DNA of 64,000 nt from an uncultured Acidobacteriota bacterium (GTDB lineage: Bacteria > Acidobacteriota > Thermoanaerobaculia > Multivoradales > UBA5704). Both the position numbers and the translations under genes were made by a program. The notes beneath the pieces were generated by a model. It was given only the letters and a program-made list of their open reading frames with translations. It was not told the DNA's origin and ran no database searches. The DNA is taken from NCBI GenBank assembly GCA_963700145.1, contig OY969474.1, positions 768,001 to 832,000 on the forward strand, in the 5' to 3' direction. Shown here piece by piece: positions 1 to 8,562 of this stretch (positions are counted from its first letter, which is position 1; each line of letters begins with the position of its first letter).

Positions 1-137
1 GAGGACCGTGAAGCCCTCGAACAGCTTGACGGCCAGTAGGAGCCGGCCTCGGCCTCGCCTCGCCTTCCGCAAGAAGCTTCCAGGACAGCGGCTTGCGGCT
101 GCTCCAGGAGCTGCCGCCGCTGGAGTTCCCGCCGGAG

Positions 138-515
138 CAGGAGAAATGCACCATTTCGCCGCCGCTTTGCACCATTCGGCGGCCGGAAAGAAGGGAACGG
201 ACGCTCGGGATGCCCAGGCGGCGCCTGCCGGAGCCGCCGCGGGAGGAAAAATGCACCCCGCCGGGCCTGCGGGGTGCACCGCGGGCGCTGGGGGAGGCGC
301 CGCAGCACCATTTATGCACCATTTTCGGCCGGCTTTGCACCATTTTGGTCCCGCGGCAGGGTTCCGAGGCCCCGCGGCGTCCTCCGGAGGCGTCGCGGCA
401 GGCCGCTGAGCCCTCGTTTGGTGCATAGCAGGCGAAAAGTGGTGCACCTTTTCGTCTGAGGATATGTCCTCAGGCGCCGAGGGGTGCATTTCTGGCCCCG
501 CATGGTGCATTTTTC
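138..515. repeat. Non-coding locus A of phased TGCACC(A) boxes
   Basis: TGCACC[AC] at 147, 168, 252, 315, 336; inverted [TG]GGTGCA at 272, 419, 440, 482, 503. Most occur as pairs 21 bp apart. A homologous locus is at 40.5-40.85 kb. Confidence 0.8.
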
Positions 516-539
516 CTCCCCAGGGGGGACATGAAGGGC

Positions 540-626
540 TGGTGCCGGAGGTGGGAGTCGAACCCACACGGGCGCAGGGCCCGGGGGATTTTGAGTCCCC
601 TGCGTCTGCCATTCCGCCACTCCGGC
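540..626 (-). tRNA. tRNA-Leu(CAA)
   Basis: Reverse complement GCCGGAGTGGCGGAATGGCAGACGCAGGGGACTCAAAATCCCC...GGGTTCGACTCCCACCTCCGGCACCA: 87 nt, anticodon CAA, long variable arm, T-loop GTTCGA, encoded CCA. Confidence 0.97.
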
Positions 627-684
627 CGGGTGGGGTGGGAGCGGGGATCGTAACCCGATCGCCGCCCGGGTGTCTTCCCGCGCC

Positions 685-713
685 TTGACGCGATCTCCGA
701 ACTGGTGTATAAA
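685..713 (+). promoter_or_regulatory. sigma70-type promoter for carD
   Basis: TTGACG-N17-TATAAA about 80 bp upstream of the carD start. Confidence 0.7.
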
Positions 714-793
714 TAGGCGCGTAAAGGTAAGTCCACAAGCGACTTGCCGGTCGTACGCCAATCTACCCTCTGCAGACCTAGGGAGTCGGGAAC

Positions 794-1303
794 GTGCCAT
801 TCAAGGTCGGTCAGAAAGTGGTCTACCCCAACCACGGGGTGAGCGTGGTCGAGAAGATCGAGCCCACGAAGATGGACGGGACAGAGCAGACCTACTACCA
901 CCTGCGGCTGCTGTCCAACAACTCGAAGGTGATGATCCCCAAGACCAACCTCGACCTGGTTGGGCTGCGCCCGCTGTGCCCGTCGCGCGAGATCCGGATG
1001 CTCTTCGACATCCTCGAGGACGGCAACATCGATACCTACAAGGACTGGAAGGGCCGCTACAAGCAGAACCTCGACAAGATGAAGACCGGGCGGCTGCCCG
1101 AGGTCGCCGAGGTGCTCAAGAACCTGCGCCTGGTGTCGCAGCGCAAGAGCCTCTCCTTCCGCGAGAAGAAGATGTACGAGCGCGCCAAGTACTTCATCGT
1201 CAGCGAGGTGGCGCACGTCCGCGACATCCCCGAGCGGGAGTCGGAGGCGATGGTCGAGCAGGCCCTGACCTCGAGCCTCGAGAAGCGGCTCAAGGCGAGC
1301 TGA
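794..1303 (+). CDS. carD: CarD/CdnL family RNA polymerase-binding regulator
   Basis: FKVGQKVVYPNHGVSVV N-terminus, WKGRY motif, LSFREKKMYERA C-terminus. Confidence 0.92.
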   Translation: MPFKVGQKVVYPNHGVSVVEKIEPTKMDGTEQTYYHLRLLSNNSKVMIPKTNLDLVGLRPLCPSREIRMLFDILEDGNIDTYKDWKGRYKQNLDKMKTGRLPEVAEVLKNLRLVSQRKSLSFREKKMYERAKYFIVSEVAHVRDIPERESEAMVEQALTSSLEKRLKAS

Positions 1304-1328
1304 CGAGCGTCCACCTCCCGCGGCGCGC

Positions 1329-1949
1329 GTGAACAAGGACAATCTGCTGTACGCCCTGGCGGGGCTGCTGCTGGGGTTCGTCTCGAGCTACCTGCTGTTC
1401 GAGGCGATGGCGGCCCGCCAGCCGCCGCGGCGCCCGCCGGGCGCGGTGCTGCCCGGCGACGCACCGGCCGCGGAGGCGGGCGCTCCCGGGGCCGCGGCGC
1501 CGCCCGGCGGCGCGCAGGCCGGGGCCGCCGGCCAGCCGCCGATGGAGGAGATCCTCCGCTTGCGCGACCACGTCGCCAAGAACCCCGACGACGCCGACGC
1601 CGTCATCCGCCTCGCCAACCTCAACTTCGACATCCAGAACTGGGCGCGGGCGCGCGAGCTGTACGAGCAGTACCTGAAGCTCCGCCCCGGCGAGCCCGAC
1701 GTCCTCTCCGACTTGGGCGTCACCTACTTCGAGATGGGCGACGCGCAGGGGGCGGTGGCCCTCTTCGACCGCGCCCAGGCGCTGAGCCCCGACCACTGGC
1801 AGTCGCGCTTCAACGAGGTCTTCGTCCGCGCCGCGGTCGAGGACTTCGCCGGCGCCGAGGCGGTGATCGGCGAGCTCCAGCGGCTGCAGCCGAACAACCC
1901 GGACGTCGCCCGCCTCGCCGCCGAGGTGGCGCGGCGCAAGGCGGGTTGA
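1329..1949 (+). CDS. Membrane-anchored TPR protein
   Basis: N-terminal hydrophobic helix, Pro/Ala linker, TPR-like repeats (LANLNFD...A..LY; LSDLGVTYFEMGD). Confidence 0.8.
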   Translation: MNKDNLLYALAGLLLGFVSSYLLFEAMAARQPPRRPPGAVLPGDAPAAEAGAPGAAAPPGGAQAGAAGQPPMEEILRLRDHVAKNPDDADAVIRLANLNFDIQNWARARELYEQYLKLRPGEPDVLSDLGVTYFEMGDAQGAVALFDRAQALSPDHWQSRFNEVFVRAAVEDFAGAEAVIGELQRLQPNNPDVARLAAEVARRKAG

Positions 1950-4375
1950 CCTCGCCGCTCTACGCCGAGGTCGCCCTCCCGCTCCCGCTCCCCGGCCCGC
2001 TCACCTACGAAGTCCCCGACGCCTTCGTGCCGCTCGCCCGCCCGGGCGTGCGGGCGCGGGTGCAGGTCGGCCGCCGCCGGCTGGTCGGCGTCGTCGTGGC
2101 GGTCCACGCCGAGCGCCCCCCTGACCTCGAGGAGCGGATCGAGCTGCGGCCGCTCGAGGAAATCATCGACCTCGAGCCGGTGCTCGGGCCGGAGCTGCTC
2201 GAGCTGGCCGGGTTCGTCGCCGGCTACTACCTGGCGCCGCCGGGCGAGGTCTTCCGCGCCATGCTGCCGCCGGACCTGCCGCCCTGGGGCGATCGCCGGG
2301 TCTGGCTGACCGACGCCGGGGCGCTGGCGCCGCCGCGCTCGGCGGGGGAGGCGGCGGTCGTCGAGGCGCTGCGCGGCGGCGGGCGGGCGAGCGCCGCCGA
2401 GCTGCAGGCGCGGCTCGGGATCGCCGGTCTCGGCGAGGTGCTGGAGGGCCTGGCCGCCTCCGGGCGGATCGGCCGCGAGGAGCGCGAGCGGCGCGGCGCC
2501 CGCTACGTCACCGCGGTCGAGCTGCCGCCCGGCGACCGGGAGGCGCAGCTCGCGGCCTGCGGGCGCTCGCCGGCCGGGCGCGCGGCGGTCGAGTACCTGG
2601 CGGCGATCGGGCGGCCGGCGACGATCGCGGAGGTGAGCGCCGCCGCCGGCGCCAGCCCGGCCGTCGTCAAGCGGCTGGCGCAGCGCGGCGTCCTCCGCCA
2701 GTTCACGCAGGTCGAGAAGCTGGCGCTCGATCACCACATGCTGGACGGGAAGGCCGAGGCGCCGTTCCGCCTCCGCCCGGACCAGGAGGAGGCGCTGGCG
2801 GTGCTGGAGCGCGCGCTCGCCTCACGCCGCTACGCCCCCTTCCTCCTCCACGGCATGACCGGCTCCGGCAAGACCGAGGTCTACCTGCGGGCCGTCGAGG
2901 CGGCGCTCGGGGCCGGCCGCACCGCCCTCCTGCTGGTGCCGGAGATCGCCCTGGTGCCGGCGCTGGCGCGGGCGGTCGAGCAGCGCTTCGGCGAGCGGCT
3001 GGCGATCCTCCATTCGGGGCTGGGCGGTCCGGAGCGGCAGCAGGAGTGGGAGCGGGTGCGGCGCGGCGAGGCGCGGGTGGTCCTCGGGCCGCGCTCGGCG
3101 CTCTTCGCGCCGCTCGCCGACCTCGGTCTCCTGGTCGTCGACGAGGAGCAGGACCCGGCCTACAAGCAGGAGAGCGTGCCGCGCTACCAGGGGCGGGACG
3201 TGGCGCTGGTGCGCGGCAAGGCGGCCAAGGCGGTGACGCTCCTGGTCTCGGCGACGCCGAGCCTGGAGAGCCGGCACAACGCCGAGCGCGGCAAGCTCCG
3301 TCCCCTTCGGCTCACCGAGCGGGTGGGGGAGGGCGGCGTGCCCGAGGGGGTGCTGGTCGACCTGCGCGGCCTCGTCCCGCGCCGTCCGGGGGAGATCTAC
3401 TTCTCCGAGCGGCTACGCGAGGAGATCGCCGCGGCGCTCGCCGCCGAGGGACAAATTATCCTGCTCCGCAACCGGCGGGGCTACTCGCCGCTCCTCCTCT
3501 GCCGCGCCTGCGGCGAGGACCTGCGCTGCGACCAGTGCGGCCTGCCGCGCACCTTCCACCGCCGCGCCGGGCGCCTCCTCTGTCATTACTGCGGCTCGAC
3601 GCTGGCCGTCCCGCAGCGCTGCCCGACCTGCGGTGAGGCGGCGCTCGAGCCGATCGGCGCCGGCACCGAGCGGGTGGAGGAGACCTTCGCCGAGCTCTTC
3701 CCCGGCGTGCCGCTCGACGTCCTCGACCGCGACACCGCCCGCCGCCCGGGCGGCCCGGCGGCGATCCTCGAGCGCTTCGCGCGCGGCGAGGTGCGGGTCC
3801 TGGTCGGCACCCAGATGGTGTCGAAGGGGCACCACTTCCCGGCGGTGGCGCTGACCGCCGTGCTCGCCGCCGACACCTACCTGGGCTTCCCCGACTTCCG
3901 CGCCGTCGAGCGCACCTACAACCTGCTGGTGCAGCTCGCCGGCCGCGCCGGGCGCGGCGATCGGCCGGGGAAGGTGGTGATCCAGACCTTCCACCCCGAG
4001 CACTACGCCATCCAGGCGGCGCTCCTCGGCGACGACGCGGCGTTCGCGCGCGAGGAGCTGCGCTTCCGCCGCGTCTTCCACTACCCGCCGTTCAGCCGCA
4101 TGGTGCAGCTCCTGGTCGAGGACCGCAACCGCGCCAAGGCGGAGGCGCGCATCGGCGAGCTGGCGGCGCGGCTCGGGGCGCACCCGCTGGCGCGGTCGGT
4201 GCGGGTGACCGGGCCGGCCCCGGCGCCGCTGGAGCGCCTGCGCGGCCTCTGGCGCTTCCAGCTCCTCCTGCGCTCCGCCGCCGTGCGCGACCTGCACCGC
4301 CTCCTCGCCGCCGTCCTGCCGCCGCCGCCGCACAAGGGGCTGGTGGTGGACGTCGATCCGCAGCAACTGCTCTAA
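1946..4375 (+). CDS. priA: Primosomal protein N' helicase
   Basis: GMTGSGKTEVY Walker A, VVDEEQD, four CxxC pairs, QLAGRAGR, C-terminal VDVDP. Confidence 0.97.
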   Translation: MTSPLYAEVALPLPLPGPLTYEVPDAFVPLARPGVRARVQVGRRRLVGVVVAVHAERPPDLEERIELRPLEEIIDLEPVLGPELLELAGFVAGYYLAPPGEVFRAMLPPDLPPWGDRRVWLTDAGALAPPRSAGEAAVVEALRGGGRASAAELQARLGIAGLGEVLEGLAASGRIGREERERRGARYVTAVELPPGDREAQLAACGRSPAGRAAVEYLAAIGRPATIAEVSAAAGASPAVVKRLAQRGVLRQFTQVEKLALDHHMLDGKAEAPFRLRPDQEEALAVLERALASRRYAPFLLHGMTGSGKTEVYLRAVEAALGAGRTALLLVPEIALVPALARAVEQRFGERLAILHSGLGGPERQQEWERVRRGEARVVLGPRSALFAPLADLGLLVVDEEQDPAYKQESVPRYQGRDVALVRGKAAKAVTLLVSATPSLESRHNAERGKLRPLRLTERVGEGGVPEGVLVDLRGLVPRRPGEIYFSERLREEIAAALAAEGQIILLRNRRGYSPLLLCRACGEDLRCDQCGLPRTFHRRAGRLLCHYCGSTLAVPQRCPTCGEAALEPIGAGTERVEETFAELFPGVPLDVLDRDTARRPGGPAAILERFARGEVRVLVGTQMVSKGHHFPAVALTAVLAADTYLGFPDFRAVERTYNLLVQLAGRAGRGDRPGKVVIQTFHPEHYAIQAALLGDDAAFAREELRFRRVFHYPPFSRMVQLLVEDRNRAKAEARIGELAARLGAHPLARSVRVTGPAPAPLERLRGLWRFQLLLRSAAVRDLHRLLAAVLPPPPHKGLVVDVDPQQLL

Positions 4376-4483
4376 AGCTCGCGCAGTAACGAAGCGGCCG
4401 CGGCCGGCGCCCATCACTGCGCGCTGGGGGTCGCCCGGGGTCCATGGCGGACCCGACGCGGACGCGCCCCCGAGGAAGGGAAC

Positions 4484-4792
4484 ATGGACGACAAGAGAGG
4501 TTCGACGGAGCTCCGCGCGCGGTTCGACCAGCCGGTCGAGCTGAGCGGGGAGCAGCTCAAGAAACTGGTGGCCGCGGCCGAGACGACATCGAGCCGCATC
4601 CTCAACTGGGAGATCTACGGCAAGCCCGGCATCGATCGGCTCAGGGCGAGCTTCTCGATCGCCCCCGACCAGCTGCCGGACTTCGTCCGGCACCTCGTCG
4701 CCAACGAGGCCCGCTTCGGCTGGGAGGTCTTCCCGGAAGGCGTGCCGCCGTTCATCGACCAGTTCCGGGTCGATCTCAAGCAAGGGTTCTAG
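4484..4792 (+). CDS. Hypothetical 102-aa protein with duplicated W-E-x(2-4)-G-x-P-x-ID motif; candidate radical SAM substrate or partner
   Basis: RBS GAGGAAGGG before ATG; abuts the radical SAM gene; motifs WEIYGKPGID and WEVFPEGVPPFID. Confidence 0.7.
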   Translation: MDDKRGSTELRARFDQPVELSGEQLKKLVAAAETTSSRILNWEIYGKPGIDRLRASFSIAPDQLPDFVRHLVANEARFGWEVFPEGVPPFIDQFRVDLKQGF

Positions 4793-5833
4793 GTGAGGGA
4801 GGCGGCGATGGGACCCACCGGACGCTCGCGAGTCGTGCAGATCCACCCCACGCGGCGTTGCAACCTGCGCTGCCTTCACTGCTACTCCTCTTCCGGTCCC
4901 GAGGAGCGCGGCGAGCTGTCGGCCGCGCTCCTCGGCGACGCCCTGGAGGCGGCGGCCGCCGAGGGCTACACGACGGCCAGCGTCTCCGGCGGCGAGCCGC
5001 TGCTCTACCGGCCGCTACGCGAGGTGCTGGAGCGCGCCCGCGCCGCCGGCCTCGGCACCACCGTCACCAGCAACGGCATGCTGCTCGACGAGCGGCGCCT
5101 GGCGACTCTCGCCGGCTGCGTCGACGTGCTGGCGATCAGCCTCGACGGCATGCCGGCGACGCACGACCGCATGCGCTGCGACCCGCGCGCCTTCTCGGCG
5201 ATGGCGGCGCGCCTCGACGGCGTGCGGCGCTCGGGGATTCCTTTCGGCTTCATCTTCACCCTGACCCTGCACAACCTGCACGAGCTGGAGTGGGTCGCGG
5301 GCTTCGCCCTCGAGCAGGGGGCGTCGCTGCTGCAGATCCACCCGCTGGAGGAGGCCGGCCGGGCCCGCGAGCGGCTCGCCGGCAAGCGCCCCGACGACAC
5401 CGAGTGCTCCTACGCCTTCCTGGTCGCCGCCCAGCTCCAGGAGTCGCTGGGCGACCGCCTGCACGTCCAGCTCGACCTGATCAGCCGCAGCTACGTGCTG
5501 GCCAGCCCGGCCTGCTTCTTCGCCGAGGGGGGGATGGCCTGCGCCGGCGAGCGGCCGCTCGCGGAGCTGGTCTCGCCGCTGGTCATCGAGGCCGACGGGA
5601 CGGTGGTGCCGCTGGAGTACGGCCTGGCCCGCGCCTACGTCCTGGGCAATCTCCACCAGGCGCCCTTGGCCGAGCTGGCCGCCGCCTGGCGGCGCGACAC
5701 CTACCCGGCCTTCCGCCGCCTCTGCCGGGCAGCCTGGGAGGACGTCGAGGCCGACGAGGCCGCCCCGCTCGCCAACTGGTACGAGCGGGTGCAGAAGGCG
5801 GGGGAGGCCGGGCTGGCCGCCGCCGCCGGTTGA
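4793..5833 (+). CDS. Radical SAM protein with degenerate SPASM/twitch-like C-terminus
   Basis: CNLRCLHC (CxxxCxxC), SGGEPLL, TSNG, ISLDG; C-terminal LVIEADGTVVP...LGNL. Start may be the ATG at 4808. Confidence 0.9.
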   Translation: MREAAMGPTGRSRVVQIHPTRRCNLRCLHCYSSSGPEERGELSAALLGDALEAAAAEGYTTASVSGGEPLLYRPLREVLERARAAGLGTTVTSNGMLLDERRLATLAGCVDVLAISLDGMPATHDRMRCDPRAFSAMAARLDGVRRSGIPFGFIFTLTLHNLHELEWVAGFALEQGASLLQIHPLEEAGRARERLAGKRPDDTECSYAFLVAAQLQESLGDRLHVQLDLISRSYVLASPACFFAEGGMACAGERPLAELVSPLVIEADGTVVPLEYGLARAYVLGNLHQAPLAELAAAWRRDTYPAFRRLCRAAWEDVEADEAAPLANWYERVQKAGEAGLAAAAG

Positions 5834-5867
5834 CGGCCCCGGGGGGGCTTGTTACGGTGCCCTCCCC

Positions 5868-6821
5868 ATGGCGACGCAAGAGGTCTCCTTCGAGGAGCCG
5901 CTCACCGAGCTGCGGCGGAAGATCGAGGAGCTCGAGGGGTACCCGGCGGGGAGCGGCTACGAGAAGGAGCTGGAGCGGCTGCGCGGCAGCCTGCGCAAGC
6001 AGACGGCCGAGGTCTTCGGCGGCCTCTCGCGCTGGCAGAAGACCCTGGTCGCCCGCCACCAGGACCGCCCCTACACCCTCGACTACGTCGGCCACCTGAT
6101 GGAGGACTGGGTGGAGCTGCACGGCGACCGCGGCTACGCCGACGACGCCGCCATCGTCTCCGGCTTCGCCACCTTCCGCGGCCGCAGCGTCGCGGTCGTC
6201 GGCCACCAGAAGGGCCGCGACACCAAGGAGCGCATCGTGCGCAACTTCGGTCAGCCGCGCCCCGAGGGCTACCGCAAGGCGCTGCGGGTGATGAAGCTGG
6301 CCGAGAAGTTCGGGCGGCCGGTGCTCACCTTCATCGACACCGCCGGCGCCTACCCCGGGATCGACGCCGAGGAGCGCGGCCAGGCCGAGGCGATCGCCCA
6401 CAACCTGATCGAGATGGCCTCGCTGCGGGTGCCGATCGTGGTCACGATCACCGGCGAGGGGGGGAGCGGCGGCGCCCTGGCCCTCGGCATCGGCGACCGG
6501 GTCTACATCCTGGAGTACGCCACCTACTCGGTGATCTCGCCCGAGGGGTGCGCGGCGATCCTCTGGAAGGACCAGGAGCGCAAGGCCGAGGCCGCCGAGG
6601 CGATGCGCTTGACCGCCCCGGACCTGCAGGCGCTGCGCGTCGTCGACGGCATCATCCCCGAGCCGATGGGCGGCGCCCACACCGACCCGGCCGAGACCTG
6701 CCGGCGGGTGGGCGAGACGGTCCACGCCGCCCTCGCCGAGCTGGAGCGCAAGGAGATCGACCAGCTCCTCGAGGAGCGCTACCGGAAGTTCCGCCAGCTC
6801 GGCGTCTTCGAAGAGAGCTAG
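5868..6821 (+). CDS. accA: Acetyl-CoA carboxylase carboxyltransferase alpha subunit
   Basis: GHQKGRDTKE, PEGYRKALR, TFIDTAGAYPG, GEGGSGGA, YSVISPEGCAAILWK. Confidence 0.97.
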   Translation: MATQEVSFEEPLTELRRKIEELEGYPAGSGYEKELERLRGSLRKQTAEVFGGLSRWQKTLVARHQDRPYTLDYVGHLMEDWVELHGDRGYADDAAIVSGFATFRGRSVAVVGHQKGRDTKERIVRNFGQPRPEGYRKALRVMKLAEKFGRPVLTFIDTAGAYPGIDAEERGQAEAIAHNLIEMASLRVPIVVTITGEGGSGGALALGIGDRVYILEYATYSVISPEGCAAILWKDQERKAEAAEAMRLTAPDLQALRVVDGIIPEPMGGAHTDPAETCRRVGETVHAALAELERKEIDQLLEERYRKFRQLGVFEES

Positions 6822-6822
6822 G

Positions 6823-8499
6823 TTGAAGGCCGCCCGTCCGGAGTGGCGCGCCGCCGAGGTGCCGCCGGCGGCGGAAGCCCTCGTGCGCGAGGGCGTGCCG
6901 GCCGAGCTCGCGCCCCTCCTGGCGCGGCGCGGGGTCGCCGACGGCGCCGCCGCCCGCGCCTTCCTGACGCCCTCGCTCGACCAGCTCCACGACCCCTTCG
7001 GCCTCGCCGGGATGGAGGCGGCGGTCGGGCGCCTGCTCCTGGCGCGCGAGCGCGGCGAGACGGTCGCCGTCGTCGGCGACTACGACGTCGACGGCGTCAC
7101 CGCCACCGCGCTCCTGCTGGCCGTGCTGCGCGCCTGCGGCGTCGCGGCGCAGCCGGTCCTGCCGCACCGCATGCGCGAGGGGTACGGCTTCCAGCCGGTG
7201 CACGTCGAGCGGGCGGTGGAGCTGGGGTGCCGGGTGGTGCTCACCGCCGACTGCGGCACCTCGGCCGGCGAAGCGGTCGAACGGGCGCGGGCCGCCGGGC
7301 TCGACGTCCTGATCACCGACCACCACCTGCCGGGGGCGCCGCTGCCGGCCGGCGCGGTGGTCGTCAACCCGCGGCAGGCCGGTTGCGACTACCCGTTCGC
7401 GGAGCTGTGCGGGGTGGGCTTGGCGCTCAAGCTGGCGCTGGCCTTCGCCGGCCGCTGCGGGCGCGCCCTCGACCTGCCGCCGCTGCTGCGCATCGCCTGC
7501 CTCGGCACGATCGCCGACCTGGTGCCGCTGACCGGCGAGAACCGGGTGATCGCGGCGCTCGGCCTCTCGGCGCTGCGCGACGTGCGCTCGGCCGGGCTCA
7601 AGGCGCTGATCGCGCGGGCGGGCCTGAGGCCCCCCTTCGCCGCCGCCGACGTCGCTTACCGGCTCGGGCCGCGCCTCAACGCCGCGGGCCGGCTGGACAG
7701 CGCCGACCGGGCGCTCGAGCTCCTGCTGACGCGCGACGGCAAGCGAGCGGCCGAGCTGGCCGAGGAGCTGGAGACGCGCAACCGCGAGCGGCAGGGGGAG
7801 GAGGCGCGCGCCGTCGCCGAGGCGCGGCAGCAGATCGAGGAGCGCGGAGCGCTGCCGCCGATCCTGGTGGCCTGGAGCGAGGGGTGGCACCGCGGGGTGG
7901 TCGGGGTGGCGGCCGGGCGGCTGGCCCAGGAGCTCTGCCGGCCGGCGCTCCTCTTGGCCGTCGCCGACGGCGTGGCCACCGGCTCGGGCCGCAGCGTGCC
8001 GGGGATCGCCCTCCACGCCTTTCTGGAGCGCTGGCAGGACCGGCTGGAGCGCTTCGGCGGCCACGCCCAGGCGGTCGGCCTGACGGTGCGCGGCGACCGG
8101 CTGGCGGAGCTGGCGCGGGAGTGGGAGGAGGCGGCCGCCGAGTGGCCGGAGGCGACGCGGACGCGGCGGCTGGAGTACGAGCTGGAGGCGGCGCCGGCGG
8201 AGCTCACGCCCGGGCTGCTCAAGAAGCTGCAGCGCCTCGAGCCGCACGGGCAGGCCAACCCGCGGCCGCTCCTGCGCACCGGCCCGCTGCGGCTGGACCT
8301 GCCGCCGCGCCGCTTCGGCAACGGCCACCTCTCGGCCCGCGCGCGCGGCGCGGACGGCGCGGTGGTGTTCCTCCTCGGCTGGGGTTGGGAGGAGCGCGCC
8401 GCCGAGCTCGAGGCGCCGTTCGAGGCCCTCGGGCACCTCGAAGCCGATACCTTCTTGGGCGGCGTCGTGCTGCGGCTGGCGGACGTGCGTCCGGTCTAG
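6823..8499 (+). CDS. recJ: Single-stranded DNA exonuclease RecJ
   Basis: GDYDVDG, TADCG, ITDHH, LGTIAD, PRLNAAGR, GSGRS, GGH motifs. Start codon uncertain. Confidence 0.95.
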   Translation: MKAARPEWRAAEVPPAAEALVREGVPAELAPLLARRGVADGAAARAFLTPSLDQLHDPFGLAGMEAAVGRLLLARERGETVAVVGDYDVDGVTATALLLAVLRACGVAAQPVLPHRMREGYGFQPVHVERAVELGCRVVLTADCGTSAGEAVERARAAGLDVLITDHHLPGAPLPAGAVVVNPRQAGCDYPFAELCGVGLALKLALAFAGRCGRALDLPPLLRIACLGTIADLVPLTGENRVIAALGLSALRDVRSAGLKALIARAGLRPPFAAADVAYRLGPRLNAAGRLDSADRALELLLTRDGKRAAELAEELETRNRERQGEEARAVAEARQQIEERGALPPILVAWSEGWHRGVVGVAAGRLAQELCRPALLLAVADGVATGSGRSVPGIALHAFLERWQDRLERFGGHAQAVGLTVRGDRLAELAREWEEAAAEWPEATRTRRLEYELEAAPAELTPGLLKKLQRLEPHGQANPRPLLRTGPLRLDLPPRRFGNGHLSARARGADGAVVFLLGWGWEERAAELEAPFEALGHLEADTFLGGVVLRLADVRPV

Positions 8500-8562
8500 C
8501 GAGGCGCGAAGGCTTCCGCGCCGGGCTCCAATCAATTGCCGGGGCTCTACAATCAGCCCGCC

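Noticed and set aside
1-39. Possible 3' end of an upstream gene (EDREALEQLDGQ*)
   Set aside because: Too short to support or identify.
138-515. CRISPR array interpretation of the TGCACC loci
   Set aside because: The repeats are only 6-14 bp, occur in both orientations with irregular long-range spacing, and no cas genes are present.
8-530. Short ORFs with repeated KCT or MHH motifs (also at 40482-41039)
   Set aside because: They appear in several frames and on both strands as by-products of the TGCACC boxes; there is no RBS or consistent frame, so I treated the loci as non-coding.
540-626. bldA-like rare-codon control or an integrated element at tRNA-Leu
   Set aside because: The anticodon is CAA, not UAA, and I saw no integrase or duplicated tRNA 3' end in the window.
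4376-4483. Hairpins in the leader of the small protein/rSAM pair as a riboswitch
   Set aside because: Stems of 6-8 bp are expected at this GC content and no known aptamer motif is visible.
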